Shown here one piece after another: positions 35,072-43,518 of a stretch of DNA of 64,000 bases (the stretch's first letter is position 1; every line of letters begins with the position of its first letter). The position numbers and the translations under genes were made by a program. Location: NCBI GenBank assembly GCA_947085855.1, contig CAMTYB010000001.1, forward strand, positions 21,788 through 85,787, in the 5' to 3' direction. Under the pieces are notes generated by a model. It saw only the letters and a list, made by a program, of their open reading frames with translations. It was not told where the DNA came from and searched no databases. Source of the DNA: an uncultured Candidatus Saccharibacteria bacterium. GTDB taxonomy: Bacteria; Patescibacteriota; Saccharimonadia; Saccharimonadales; 2-12-FULL-41-12.

Positions 35072-36061
35072 TTAACTCTGTCCGCTCGCTACCCATTCAT
35101 CAATGACTTCTGTTACTGCGTTACCCCAGTTATTTTGCTCCCACAGGAAGGTAACACCACCGGCTGCTGCTGCTCCGAGTTGCCGGCGGACCGCTAATTC
35201 TTCGCCGGAATCAACGCCAAGCGTGCTTATCACTTCAATCTCGTCGCCAAGTAGCTCTTGCCACATCTTTAGCTGTTGTCGGCCGATCTCTTTAGCCGCA
35301 GATCCACTCATGCCACCAGCACCACCGGGGACAGTTAATATAGGGTCTCCTCGCTCGTCTCGAGCTACTTGATTGGGAATTGTATTGGCGGTAACAATGA
35401 AACCAAATACTCGACGTTCTTTGAATAACTTTGCGAGTTCAGGCACTATTTGTCTTTCTTCGTCCGAAATATAGGGAGGTAGTTTTACGCCGACATTGCT
35501 ATGTAGCGTTCCCGTCCAGGGTGCTAGTTCGTCTACCATTTCCTGCATGCCTTCGAGGTCATAGCCCAGGATAGGTTTGCGGCCGCCACCATCTGTCACC
35601 ACGTTAGGACAGCTCGTGTTGACCTCTACCAAATCTACGCCTGCTAGCTGAGTCTCGTATACCAATCTGTTCATTTGCTGAAATGCGTTGCCGATTGCAG
35701 CAGTAGGCTGAGTAGGCGAGACACTGGCAATTACTGGCTTGTTTTTGTCATGAGCCACAGCCAAAATCTGCGGCATCAGCTCCTTGGCAGTCGCTAAGCC
35801 GATGTTTGGCAAGCCCATGGAGTTGTAAGTAGCACCGGTTGCCTTATCGTGATAATAGGTTGGTCCACCAAATGTAACTTCGTTTCCTGCCTGTGTGGGA
35901 ACCGTAAATGAGCCAACAGTAATAGCCCCGATAGCCGTATCGGCCAATGATTTCACTTCTCGCAATATGAGTTCCGGACTCGTTCCATTTACGGAACCAG
36001 CGGCATTAAGCAGCGGCGTTTCCATTTCGTATCCGCAGATTGAGTAATCATGGTTTGTCAT
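35072..36061 (-). CDS. dihydroorotate dehydrogenase-like flavoenzyme (class 1 DHOD/DHPD fold)
   Basis: PLLNAAGS, NSMGLPN, EVNTSCPNV, VTANTIPN, GGAGGMSG. Confidence 0.75.
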   Translation of the reverse strand: MTNHDYSICGYEMETPLLNAAGSVNGTSPELILREVKSLADTAIGAITVGSFTVPTQAGNEVTFGGPTYYHDKATGATYNSMGLPNIGLATAKELMPQILAVAHDKNKPVIASVSPTQPTAAIGNAFQQMNRLVYETQLAGVDLVEVNTSCPNVVTDGGGRKPILGYDLEGMQEMVDELAPWTGTLHSNVGVKLPPYISDEERQIVPELAKLFKERRVFGFIVTANTIPNQVARDERGDPILTVPGGAGGMSGSAAKEIGRQQLKMWQELLGDEIEVISTLGVDSGEELAVRRQLGAAAAGGVTFLWEQNNWGNAVTEVIDEWVASGQS

Positions 36062-36126
36062 TTCACCTCACATACTATGCTAGATTATTTAAGATCATTT
36101 TATAGCAAAGTATGAGTTAAAACGAA

Positions 36127-36408
36127 TCAAGGTCGGTCATGCCGAAATGAAGAGGGCAAAAGACTTCTCAATCCGTCCCTGATAGAAGATAAGATAGTCT
36201 GGGACGGTAGAATTTCTTGGACTGGTTCTGTGGGACGATTAAACTCTTCGTACTCCTCTAGCGAAGTGAAATGGCCGGTGACTTTCGGTGCATCTATGCC
36301 CCGTGCAACAACTGTGACGGATCCGTCTTCGTGGTATGAGACAAATTCAAGTGACATTATGGACAACAATATATCATTTATTAACTTGTATGTGTACTCG
36401 GTTTTCAT
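36127..36408 (-). CDS. hypothetical small protein (start may be Met at 36357)
   Basis: ORF only; track start overlaps the upstream hydrolase stop by 35 nt; no motif recognised. Confidence 0.35.
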   Translation of the reverse strand: MKTEYTYKLINDILLSIMSLEFVSYHEDGSVTVVARGIDAPKVTGHFTSLEEYEEFNRPTEPVQEILPSQTILSSIRDGLRSLLPSSFRHDRP

Positions 36409-37153
36409 TTTTTGAAATATTATCTAACAGATTAGCCAGTAAAGCGGGCTGTGATAAGAATGATGAATGGCCAGTGGGGATCAGGACCGGCTTGATGTCA
36501 AGCCAAGTCTCGGCAATATACCTTGACCACTCAGGCCGCACCATACGATCATCGGTACCAATAATATAGTTTTGAGGAAGGTTAGGCCAAACATCCATTT
36601 TAGGCTCAATATCTGGCCGATTCTGAGGCTTTAGGTGTCGAATAGCTCTTTTTACTATATCCTTATCTTCTACATCATGGTACAGAAACTCTTCAGCAAA
36701 TGTAGGGTCAATAGCTCGCATATTTCTTCCAAGGCCAGGTTGTGCCACAATAGCTTTTCTAGATTCAGCGCTGTTTCGAGCCGGTACATTTTCGTCCTCC
36801 TTAGGTCTACCTAGAGCATGTAAGGTGTCGGCTTCAAAAGAAGCATGCAGAAATACCATTCGCTGCACAGCAATTTTTCCGTTACGTTCTAATAATGTAT
36901 TGAACGCACGTGGCCCATAGTTACCAGCTCTAGAATGAAAAACACCTACAATGTTTTCTTTGCCTTCCAGCGCTTCAGCTATAACAGAGCCGTAGCTATC
37001 AAAGTTGCCATTAGGATCGGTAATCGGTAAATCAAAAGTTACTGCCTGATGTCCTCGTTGTTCAAGTTCGCTTTTTAGAAAATTCCAATGCCATGCTTCA
37101 TGACAAAATCCCTGCACAAGAGCGAATGTTTTGACCTCAGTTTGGTCTGTCAT
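36374..37153 (-). CDS. alpha/beta-fold hydrolase (methylesterase/SABP2-like)
   Basis: FALVQGFCHEAWHW... typical N-terminus of the family, ...IPTGHSSFLSQP (catalytic His region); track start trimmed to ATG 37153. Confidence 0.65.
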   Translation of the reverse strand: MTDQTEVKTFALVQGFCHEAWHWNFLKSELEQRGHQAVTFDLPITDPNGNFDSYGSVIAEALEGKENIVGVFHSRAGNYGPRAFNTLLERNGKIAVQRMVFLHASFEADTLHALGRPKEDENVPARNSAESRKAIVAQPGLGRNMRAIDPTFAEEFLYHDVEDKDIVKRAIRHLKPQNRPDIEPKMDVWPNLPQNYIIGTDDRMVRPEWSRYIAETWLDIKPVLIPTGHSSFLSQPALLANLLDNISKNENRVHIQVNK

Positions 37154-37246
37154 ATTGATATGATAGCAAATAAATCTAGGGAGGCACGTGGAAGACAGCA
37201 TTTCGTCGCATGCTCAAAGCGAGCTTTTGCGCCTGCTCCTCATGAA

Positions 37247-37260
37247 CGAACCACGATCTA
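37247..37260 (-). repeat. 14-nt exact copy of the tRNA-Trp variable/T-arm segment
   Basis: cgaaccacgatcta at 37247-37260 equals 37359-37372 inside tRNA-Trp; embedded in nested inverted repeats 37211-37291. Confidence 0.8.
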
Positions 37261-37304
37261 GCTCACTGCGCTCGCGGATCGTGCTTTGAGCCATGTGTCT
37301 TGCA

Positions 37305-37339
37305 TAGAAAAAGACCCTCCTTTGGAGAGTCCTTTTCTA
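37305..37339 (-). terminator. rho-independent terminator after tRNA-Trp
   Basis: Minus strand AGAAAAGGACTCTCC-AAA-GGAGGGTCTTTTTCT (two G-U pairs). Confidence 0.7.
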
Positions 37340-37414
37340 TGGCAGGGGCACGTGGAATCGAACCACGATCTAAGGTTTTGGAGACCTTCATACTAGCCGT
37401 TGTACTATGCCCCT
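37340..37414 (-). tRNA. tRNA-Trp (anticodon CCA), encoded CCA end
   Basis: Minus strand AGGGGCA TA GTAC AACGGCTA GTAT G AAGGT CTCCAAA ACCTT AGAT CGTGG TTCGATT CCACG TGCCCCT G CCA. Confidence 0.93.
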
Positions 37415-37506
37415 AGACGTACGGTGTTGTATTGTAACAGATATGATGGCTGATTTTAAGCCAAGATAGGGTAAGCAGTTAACAAAACTATATTATCTGA
37501 TATACA

Positions 37507-38181
37507 ATGGATGTATATATGAGTTCTGCAAAGATCGTGCCAAATAAGCCCTTTTTACTACTTTTGTATGGTTTTCCAGGTTCTGGAAAGACAGCTTTTG
37601 CGCGTGAATTGGCAGATGAGATCAAAGCAGCCCACTTGCAACAGGACCGGCTAGCACATGAGCTGTACGGAGAAAGCAGCGAAAAGACTCAAGTGTCGAG
37701 CCGACAAGCTATGAATTATATGGCCCGCGAGTTTTTGCGAGCCGGTGTATCAGTTGTGTATGATGCCGATGCCTTTCGTCTTGGCGAACGACGTAAACTG
37801 CGTGAACTGGCTCGGGCAACTAAAGTTACCCCATTGATTGTCTGGATACAGATTGACCCTGATACTGCCTTTATTCGAGCTCGTAAACGCGATCGCCGTA
37901 AGGCTGACGACCATTATGCTCGCGAGATTAATGCCGATGAGTTCGGAAGCGCACTTAATAAGATGCAAAATCCCATCAACGAAGACTATGTTGTTATCAG
38001 CGGCAAACACACTTTTCATACTCAGAAGGCAGCTGTGCTCAAGAAATTTTACGAACTTGGCGTATTGACCCCTGAACAATTGAGCGGCAACATGGCTAAA
38101 CCCGAGCTGGTAAATCTGGTTCCCCAACCGTCAATTGGCGGCCGACCAGAGATTACGCGTCGCAATATCACGATTCGATAA
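37507..38181 (+). CDS. P-loop kinase (AAA_33 / zeta-toxin-like fold)
   Basis: Walker A LLLYGFPGSGKTAFAREL; ~220 aa. Confidence 0.6.
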   Translation: MDVYMSSAKIVPNKPFLLLLYGFPGSGKTAFARELADEIKAAHLQQDRLAHELYGESSEKTQVSSRQAMNYMAREFLRAGVSVVYDADAFRLGERRKLRELARATKVTPLIVWIQIDPDTAFIRARKRDRRKADDHYAREINADEFGSALNKMQNPINEDYVVISGKHTFHTQKAAVLKKFYELGVLTPEQLSGNMAKPELVNLVPQPSIGGRPEITRRNITIR

Positions 38182-38186
38182 CCTCT

Positions 38187-38903
38187 ATGTCCAAATCTAC
38201 TCATGATGTGCCAGGTATTGGCACTATTCATTTCACCAAAAAGCGCGGCCAACGTACCATGCGCTTACGCGTCGATAATAAAGGTCTGGTACAGGTCTCT
38301 ATGCCCTGGTATGTACCAAAATCTACTGCTATGGAGTTTGTGGCTACCAAGAAGCAGTGGATTCTTGATCAGCAAGCTGAGTATGTGTTCCAGCCATACG
38401 ACGGCATGTTATTGGGCAAAACCCTCAGACTGCGTATTATCCAAAACAGCAGCAAATCACGCTCCAAGCCGGCTGCAAATGAGGTGGTCGTGCATGTTGC
38501 TGGGCATTTTGACACATCAGATGCTGTCCAAGCGGCCAAAGTTCATAAGGCTATCATGGCGGCCCTCCGGACAGAAGCCGAACGTGTTCTGCTGCCGCGC
38601 TTACGCGACCTGGCAGAGCTATATGATTTTACCTATACCAACGCCCGCATCAAGAAAGTTACAGGCCGATGGGGTAGCTGCGACTCAAAGAAACAGATCG
38701 CTCTGAGCCTTTATCTGGTACAAATGCCGATTGAGCTCATAGATTACGTTATCATTCATGAGTTAGCCCATACCAGGCACTTAAATCACAGCTCACAGTT
38801 CTGGGCTGAGGTTGCACGGTACTGTCCGGACTACAAAGAACTGCGCAAGCAGATGCGTGATTTGCGGCCAAAGATTTATGATGCCAAAACCTTTATGTCA
38901 TAA
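38187..38903 (+). CDS. YgjP-like metal-dependent hydrolase (DUF45, M48-like)
   Basis: TGRWGSCDSKKQIALSLYL......YVIIHELAHTRHLNHSSQFW. Confidence 0.82.
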   Translation: MSKSTHDVPGIGTIHFTKKRGQRTMRLRVDNKGLVQVSMPWYVPKSTAMEFVATKKQWILDQQAEYVFQPYDGMLLGKTLRLRIIQNSSKSRSKPAANEVVVHVAGHFDTSDAVQAAKVHKAIMAALRTEAERVLLPRLRDLAELYDFTYTNARIKKVTGRWGSCDSKKQIALSLYLVQMPIELIDYVIIHELAHTRHLNHSSQFWAEVARYCPDYKELRKQMRDLRPKIYDAKTFMS

Positions 38904-38911
38904 TACAGCTA

Positions 38912-40009
38912 ATGGTTAACAGCAGTGAGCAAACAGACTCAGCAAAATTTGAACGGGAGCGCCTAACGAGCCTTATAAATAGCATGGCCGATGGCGTGAT
39001 TGCCACCGACGAGGCTGGCAATATTGTGCTCTATAATGGTGCTGCTCTTAATATTCTCGACATTAACGGCGAACTAAAAGGCAAACGCCTTGAAGATGTA
39101 GCCAAAATAATTGATGAGAATAATCAGCCTGTCGACACCACCCAACTTATTACCAACACCAAGAACCAGGTCACCAACAGAGATTACTGCCTTGCGTATA
39201 GCGACGGCAGCAAAAGCAACTTATATCTCAGTATTGCTCCCGTTAAGCTCGGTTTTGGCAAGAGTGGCAATAAAGGCTTCGTTGTCCTATTGCGCGACAT
39301 CACGCGAGAAAAATCTCTAGAAGAAGAACGCGATGAGTTTATTAGTGTTGTCAGCCACGAACTACGTACACCAATTGCTATTGCCGAGGGCAACATAGGC
39401 AACGCTGAGTTTGTAGCCAAAAAAGCTCAGCTTGACCCGGCCATTACCAAAGCTCTCGAACAAGCTCACGAACAAATACTCTTCCTCGGTAGTATGGTAA
39501 ATGATCTGTCGACACTGTCTCGGGCCGAGCGAGGTGTTTTGCAGGTAGAAGTAGAGTCTATCAAAGTCTTTGACCTGTTGAACGAGCTTGCTAAAGCGTA
39601 CACACCTCAGGCAGAGAAGAAGGGCCTCAAGCTGGTCAGTAAGCCAGCCAACAACCTGGAGATCCTATCATCATGTGGCCTCTACGTTAAAGAAATCCTG
39701 CAAAACTTTATTACCAACGCCATTAAATATACTGAAACAGGTTCCGTAGCTATCAGTGCCAGTCAAAAAGAAAACGGTGTTCAATTTGAAATTTCTGACA
39801 CTGGCATTGGTATAAGCAAGGCCGATCAGGAAAAAGTCTTTGATAAGTTCTTTAGGAGTGAAGATTATCGAACACGAGCTAATAGCGGCACCGGGCTTGG
39901 GCTCTATGTGACTATGAAGCTAGCCAAGTTGGTACATGCCGAGATACGACTCGAAAGTGAACTTAATAAGGGCTCAACATTTTCTATCTTTATACCAAAT
40001 CTCAAATAG
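38912..40009 (+). CDS. cytoplasmic sensor histidine kinase (PAS-HisKA-HATPase), no adjacent response regulator
   Basis: SVVSHELRTPI (H-box), N/G boxes (QNFITNAIKYT, DTGIGIS, GTGLGLY); no TM helix. Confidence 0.88.
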   Translation: MVNSSEQTDSAKFERERLTSLINSMADGVIATDEAGNIVLYNGAALNILDINGELKGKRLEDVAKIIDENNQPVDTTQLITNTKNQVTNRDYCLAYSDGSKSNLYLSIAPVKLGFGKSGNKGFVVLLRDITREKSLEEERDEFISVVSHELRTPIAIAEGNIGNAEFVAKKAQLDPAITKALEQAHEQILFLGSMVNDLSTLSRAERGVLQVEVESIKVFDLLNELAKAYTPQAEKKGLKLVSKPANNLEILSSCGLYVKEILQNFITNAIKYTETGSVAISASQKENGVQFEISDTGIGISKADQEKVFDKFFRSEDYRTRANSGTGLGLYVTMKLAKLVHAEIRLESELNKGSTFSIFIPNLK

Positions 40010-40023
40010 CTCAAGCATCTCTG

Positions 40024-40052
40024 TTGACTAAATACCGTAAGTTTAGTACTAT
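40024..40052 (+). promoter_or_regulatory. putative promoter of secE-nusG
   Basis: TTGACT (40024-40029), 17 nt, TACTAT (40047-40052). Confidence 0.45.
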
Positions 40053-40118
40053 TGACATCGAACGACCTACTCTATATTTGAGTAGGTTTATTTAATGTAG
40101 TGATAGTGGAGACGCACT

Positions 40119-40550
40119 GTGGCCAAGGCTGATAAACCAAAAAAGAAACTAGCGGCAAAGAGGTCGGCTCCAAAGAGTCCGACCAAAAAGCAACAAACAG
40201 TTCGGGAACGAACTCAAGTTGCAGCCAATAAACAGCCTCGTCGTGTTCGACAGGCAGCTTCTAAGTTGTCGTCACCTATTAAAAAGGTTCGTCACCACGG
40301 CAAACGAGAAGTTCACATTCCGCTACCAGATAACCGAGCTGGCCGTATTTTAGGCAAGCGAGTTCGATTGGTACCACGCTTTGTCCGTGAGGCCTGGCAA
40401 GAGATTCGATTGGTCCACTGGCCAAATCGCAAAGAAACCATTCGCCTCACCATAGCAGTGTTTGTTTTCTCGGTAGTTTTTGCCGTTATTGTCGGTTTAA
40501 TCGACTTTGTATTAGATAAAGTATTTAGAGAGGTAATTATAGGCCGATGA
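40119..40550 (+). CDS. secE: preprotein translocase subunit SecE (long basic N-terminal extension)
   Basis: C-terminal FVREAWQEIRLVHWPNRKETIRLTIAVFVFSVVFAVIVGLIDFVLDKV is the SecE core; GTG start. Confidence 0.85.
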   Translation: MAKADKPKKKLAAKRSAPKSPTKKQQTVRERTQVAANKQPRRVRQAASKLSSPIKKVRHHGKREVHIPLPDNRAGRILGKRVRLVPRFVREAWQEIRLVHWPNRKETIRLTIAVFVFSVVFAVIVGLIDFVLDKVFREVIIGR

Positions 40551-41089
40551 GCAAGCGATATGATTCTCAAAAGCATTGGTACGCCATCCACACCTATAGT
40601 GGATATGAAGAAAAGGTTGCCGAAAGCATTCGTCAGCGTGCCGATAGCTTAGACATGAAAGACAAGATCTTTCAGGTTCTCGTACCAAAAGAAAAAATGA
40701 TCGAAATCAAGAATGGCAAACGAAAAGTTGTCGAAAAGCGGATTTTCCAAGGCTATGTCTTGGTACAAATGAAGTTGAGCGAAGACGCTTGGTTTATCGT
40801 CCGTAACACCCCGTCAGTTACCGGTTTTGTTGGTACTGGCGCCGATCCAACTCCTGTCAGCGATGACGAAATGGAAAAAATCAATAAGCGTATGGGTCGC
40901 GATCAGCCGAAGCACAAGATTGACTATAAAATTGGCGAGGTTGTTAACATCATCGACGGTCCGTTTAAGGGCTTCGATGGCTCAATCAATGAAATCGACC
41001 AGACTAAAGGCAAGCTTAAAGTCTTGGTTAACATGTTCGGCCGCGAAACTCCTGTCGAACTCGACAGCCTCCAAGTTAAGCGCGTTTAG
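40547..41089 (+). CDS. nusG: transcription termination/antitermination factor NusG
   Basis: HWYAIHTYSGYEEKV; KOW GEVVNIIDGPFKGFDG. Confidence 0.95.
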   Translation: MSKRYDSQKHWYAIHTYSGYEEKVAESIRQRADSLDMKDKIFQVLVPKEKMIEIKNGKRKVVEKRIFQGYVLVQMKLSEDAWFIVRNTPSVTGFVGTGADPTPVSDDEMEKINKRMGRDQPKHKIDYKIGEVVNIIDGPFKGFDGSINEIDQTKGKLKVLVNMFGRETPVELDSLQVKRV

Positions 41090-41202
41090 ACATTTGTCCG
41101 TTAATGTAGTATAATTTACAGGTTACGCACTTCTGTCTTTTAGTAATGTAAAAAGAAAGGGAAGGAGAGCGGTTGAGCCTAGCTCCCGTTCGACACAATC
41201 TT

Positions 41203-41634
41203 ATGGCAGATGCAAAGAAAATTAAAGCAAACTTAAAAATGCGCATTCCAGCTGGCAAAGCGAGTGCTGCACCACCGGTTGGTAGCACACTTGGGCAGTA
41301 TGGCGTTAACATGATGGATTTTATCCAACCATTTAACGACGCTACAAAGGAATTACGCGGCATTGTAACGGCGCATATCACTATTTACGATGACCGTTCA
41401 CTGGACTTCCGCGTGGTTAACGAACCAGTTGACGACCTGATTAAGTCAAAGCTAGGCGTCAAAAAGGGCTCTGGCCGACCAAACACCGAAAAACTCGACA
41501 AGAAACTTTCGCAAGCTGACCTAACAGCGATTGCCGAAGTTAAAGCTCAGGACATGAATACTGATGATATCGAAGCTGTCAAAAAGATGGTGGCCGGTAC
41601 AGCACGTTCAATGGGCGTTGAAGTAGAAGGCTAA
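41203..41634 (+). CDS. rplK: 50S ribosomal protein L11
   Basis: KMRIPAGKASAAPPVGSTLGQYGVNMMDF; track TTG 41173 trimmed to ATG 41203. Confidence 0.95.
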   Translation: MADAKKIKANLKMRIPAGKASAAPPVGSTLGQYGVNMMDFIQPFNDATKELRGIVTAHITIYDDRSLDFRVVNEPVDDLIKSKLGVKKGSGRPNTEKLDKKLSQADLTAIAEVKAQDMNTDDIEAVKKMVAGTARSMGVEVEG

Positions 41635-41725
41635 GCCAACCGAACCTTAGAAGTTCGCAGGGAATTGAAAGATTAAGTAATAAATTTGTGGGAGGCTGCA
41701 TAGCCGCTTGGACCACGAAGGAGTA

Positions 41726-42661
41726 ATGATGACTGATAAGAAAACTGACGAAAAAGCTAAGAAAGTAGAAGAAGTTATAGAAGCACCTGTAGCTACTGAA
41801 GCTGAGGTCACCGAAGAAAAAACCGTAGCCAAAGCTGGCAAGCGCAGTGCAAAGGCTATTGCCGAAAGCGAAGAAAAGGTAGCAAAAGAAGCTCGCAAAG
41901 AAGCCGTTAAAGATGGTGAAGAGGCCGACAGCAAGCCAAAGCAACCAGTTAAGCCAGCTCGTAGCCGCTTAGAGCGTCGCAGCAAGAAATATCGCAAGGC
42001 GGCCGAACAAATCGACAAAGCCAAGCACTATAGCTTAAAAGAGGCCCTTGATCTGGCCACCAAGACCAGCACAACTGCCTTTGACGCTAGTGTAGAGATG
42101 CACATTCGCTTGGGCGTAGACCCACGTCAGGCAGACCAGAATATTCGAGACAACATCGTACTGCCTGCCGGCACTGGTAAAACTATGCGCATTGCCGTCT
42201 TTGCTGACGAGGACGTTGCCAAAGAAGCTAAAAAGGCCGGTGCTGATGTAGCGGGTAGTGATGACTTCCTTGCACAATTAGAGAAGGGCACGATTGATTT
42301 TGACGTCTTGATTGCCACTCCAAACGTGATGGCTAAACTCAGTAAGTACGCCCGTGTACTCGGACCGAAAGGCCTCATGCCTAACCCTAAAAGTGGTACT
42401 GTGACTACCGATGTTACCAAAGCTATCGAGCAAGCCAAGGCTGGTAAAGTCGAGTATCGCGTCGACACCACCGGTATTGTTCACCTGGGCATTGGCAAGG
42501 TCAGCTTTGGAACCGGTAAGCTCGGCCAAAACGCTGATGTAGTCGTAGCGAGCATCAAGCAGAACAAGCCAGCGAGCCTTAAGGGTGCCTACGTCAGAAG
42601 CGTAGTCGTGACTACCAGCATGGGTCCGGGCATTAAAGTCCTTCCAAGCGAATTCAACTAA
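41726..42661 (+). CDS. rplA: 50S ribosomal protein L1 with ~80-aa K/E-rich N-terminal extension
   Basis: Core from ...SKKYRKAAEQIDKAKHYSLKEA... GPKGLMPNPKSGTVT, AKAGKVEYR; ATG 41726/41729 behind GAAGGAG. Confidence 0.9.
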   Translation: MMTDKKTDEKAKKVEEVIEAPVATEAEVTEEKTVAKAGKRSAKAIAESEEKVAKEARKEAVKDGEEADSKPKQPVKPARSRLERRSKKYRKAAEQIDKAKHYSLKEALDLATKTSTTAFDASVEMHIRLGVDPRQADQNIRDNIVLPAGTGKTMRIAVFADEDVAKEAKKAGADVAGSDDFLAQLEKGTIDFDVLIATPNVMAKLSKYARVLGPKGLMPNPKSGTVTTDVTKAIEQAKAGKVEYRVDTTGIVHLGIGKVSFGTGKLGQNADVVVASIKQNKPASLKGAYVRSVVVTTSMGPGIKVLPSEFN

Positions 42662-42767
42662 ACACACTGTTATTTTAAACTGTTGTAGTATGCGCATATT
42701 ACTTGCGCCGACTCCTGATTAGTTTGTACAATAGCTCTAACATATTACGTGGTGAGGGGTCCTACGA

Positions 42768-43475
42768 TTGTCTGTTTATAGCAACACACAAATTATAAAA
42801 GCATTGGATGAGGGACATATCGTCATTCATCCCTTTGTTGCTGAGCATCTTGCTGGCAGTAGCATCGATGTGACACTTGGGCACTGGTATTACCGTACGG
42901 AACGACCAAGTGAAGGTGGCTTTTATAATCCGTTTGATGAGACAGCAGTTGATAACTATTTTAGTGGCGCCCAAAAAGCTGAAATTCACGCCGATTGGGC
43001 CCACAAACATGGTCGACAACTCTTCAAGAATATACCTCCGGATCAGCCAATCATCGTTTTGCGACCACATGAGCGCATTTTGGCACACACTCATGAATTT
43101 GTTGGTATCAAAGCACCGGGCACCAGCACTATGCAAGCCCGCAGCACCTGGGGCCGCAATGGCATAGCCGTTTGCCTGGACGCAGGCTGGGGTGATCCCG
43201 GTTATATCAATCGTTGGACAATGGAAATCTATAATATGAACCAACACGAAAGTGTTGTTTTGCCGGTGGGTGAGCGAATTGCTCAGATCGTTTTTTATGT
43301 AACAGGACCTGTCGATAAAGAATACAAGAAGCTAAGCGGCAAATATCAACCAAACGTTAGTGCCAACTTAGAAACAATTGTCGCAAACTGGAAGCCAGAA
43401 CAGATGCTACCGAAGGCTTACAAGGACCAACGACGAAAGCCCATAAAGATCAAAGGACTGAAAGCCTATGTTTAG
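42768..43475 (+). CDS. dcd: dCTP deaminase family protein (dUTPase fold)
   Basis: HIVIHPF....L.GSSIDVTLG, ARSTWGRNGIAV, GWGDPGYINRWTMEIYN, GERIAQIVF; TTG start. Confidence 0.8.
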   Translation: MSVYSNTQIIKALDEGHIVIHPFVAEHLAGSSIDVTLGHWYYRTERPSEGGFYNPFDETAVDNYFSGAQKAEIHADWAHKHGRQLFKNIPPDQPIIVLRPHERILAHTHEFVGIKAPGTSTMQARSTWGRNGIAVCLDAGWGDPGYINRWTMEIYNMNQHESVVLPVGERIAQIVFYVTGPVDKEYKKLSGKYQPNVSANLETIVANWKPEQMLPKAYKDQRRKPIKIKGLKAYV

Positions 43476-43518
43476 ACTCACTCAACCGAAAACAATAACA
43501 GGGTGGGGGAGCAACTAA

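Noticed and set aside
38203-38706. A 167-aa same-strand ORF in a different frame within the DUF45/YgjP gene.
   Set aside because: The overlapping frame carries the diagnostic WGSC...HELAH motif. The alternative frame has none and is Cys/Trp/Ser-rich, as expected for an off-frame read.
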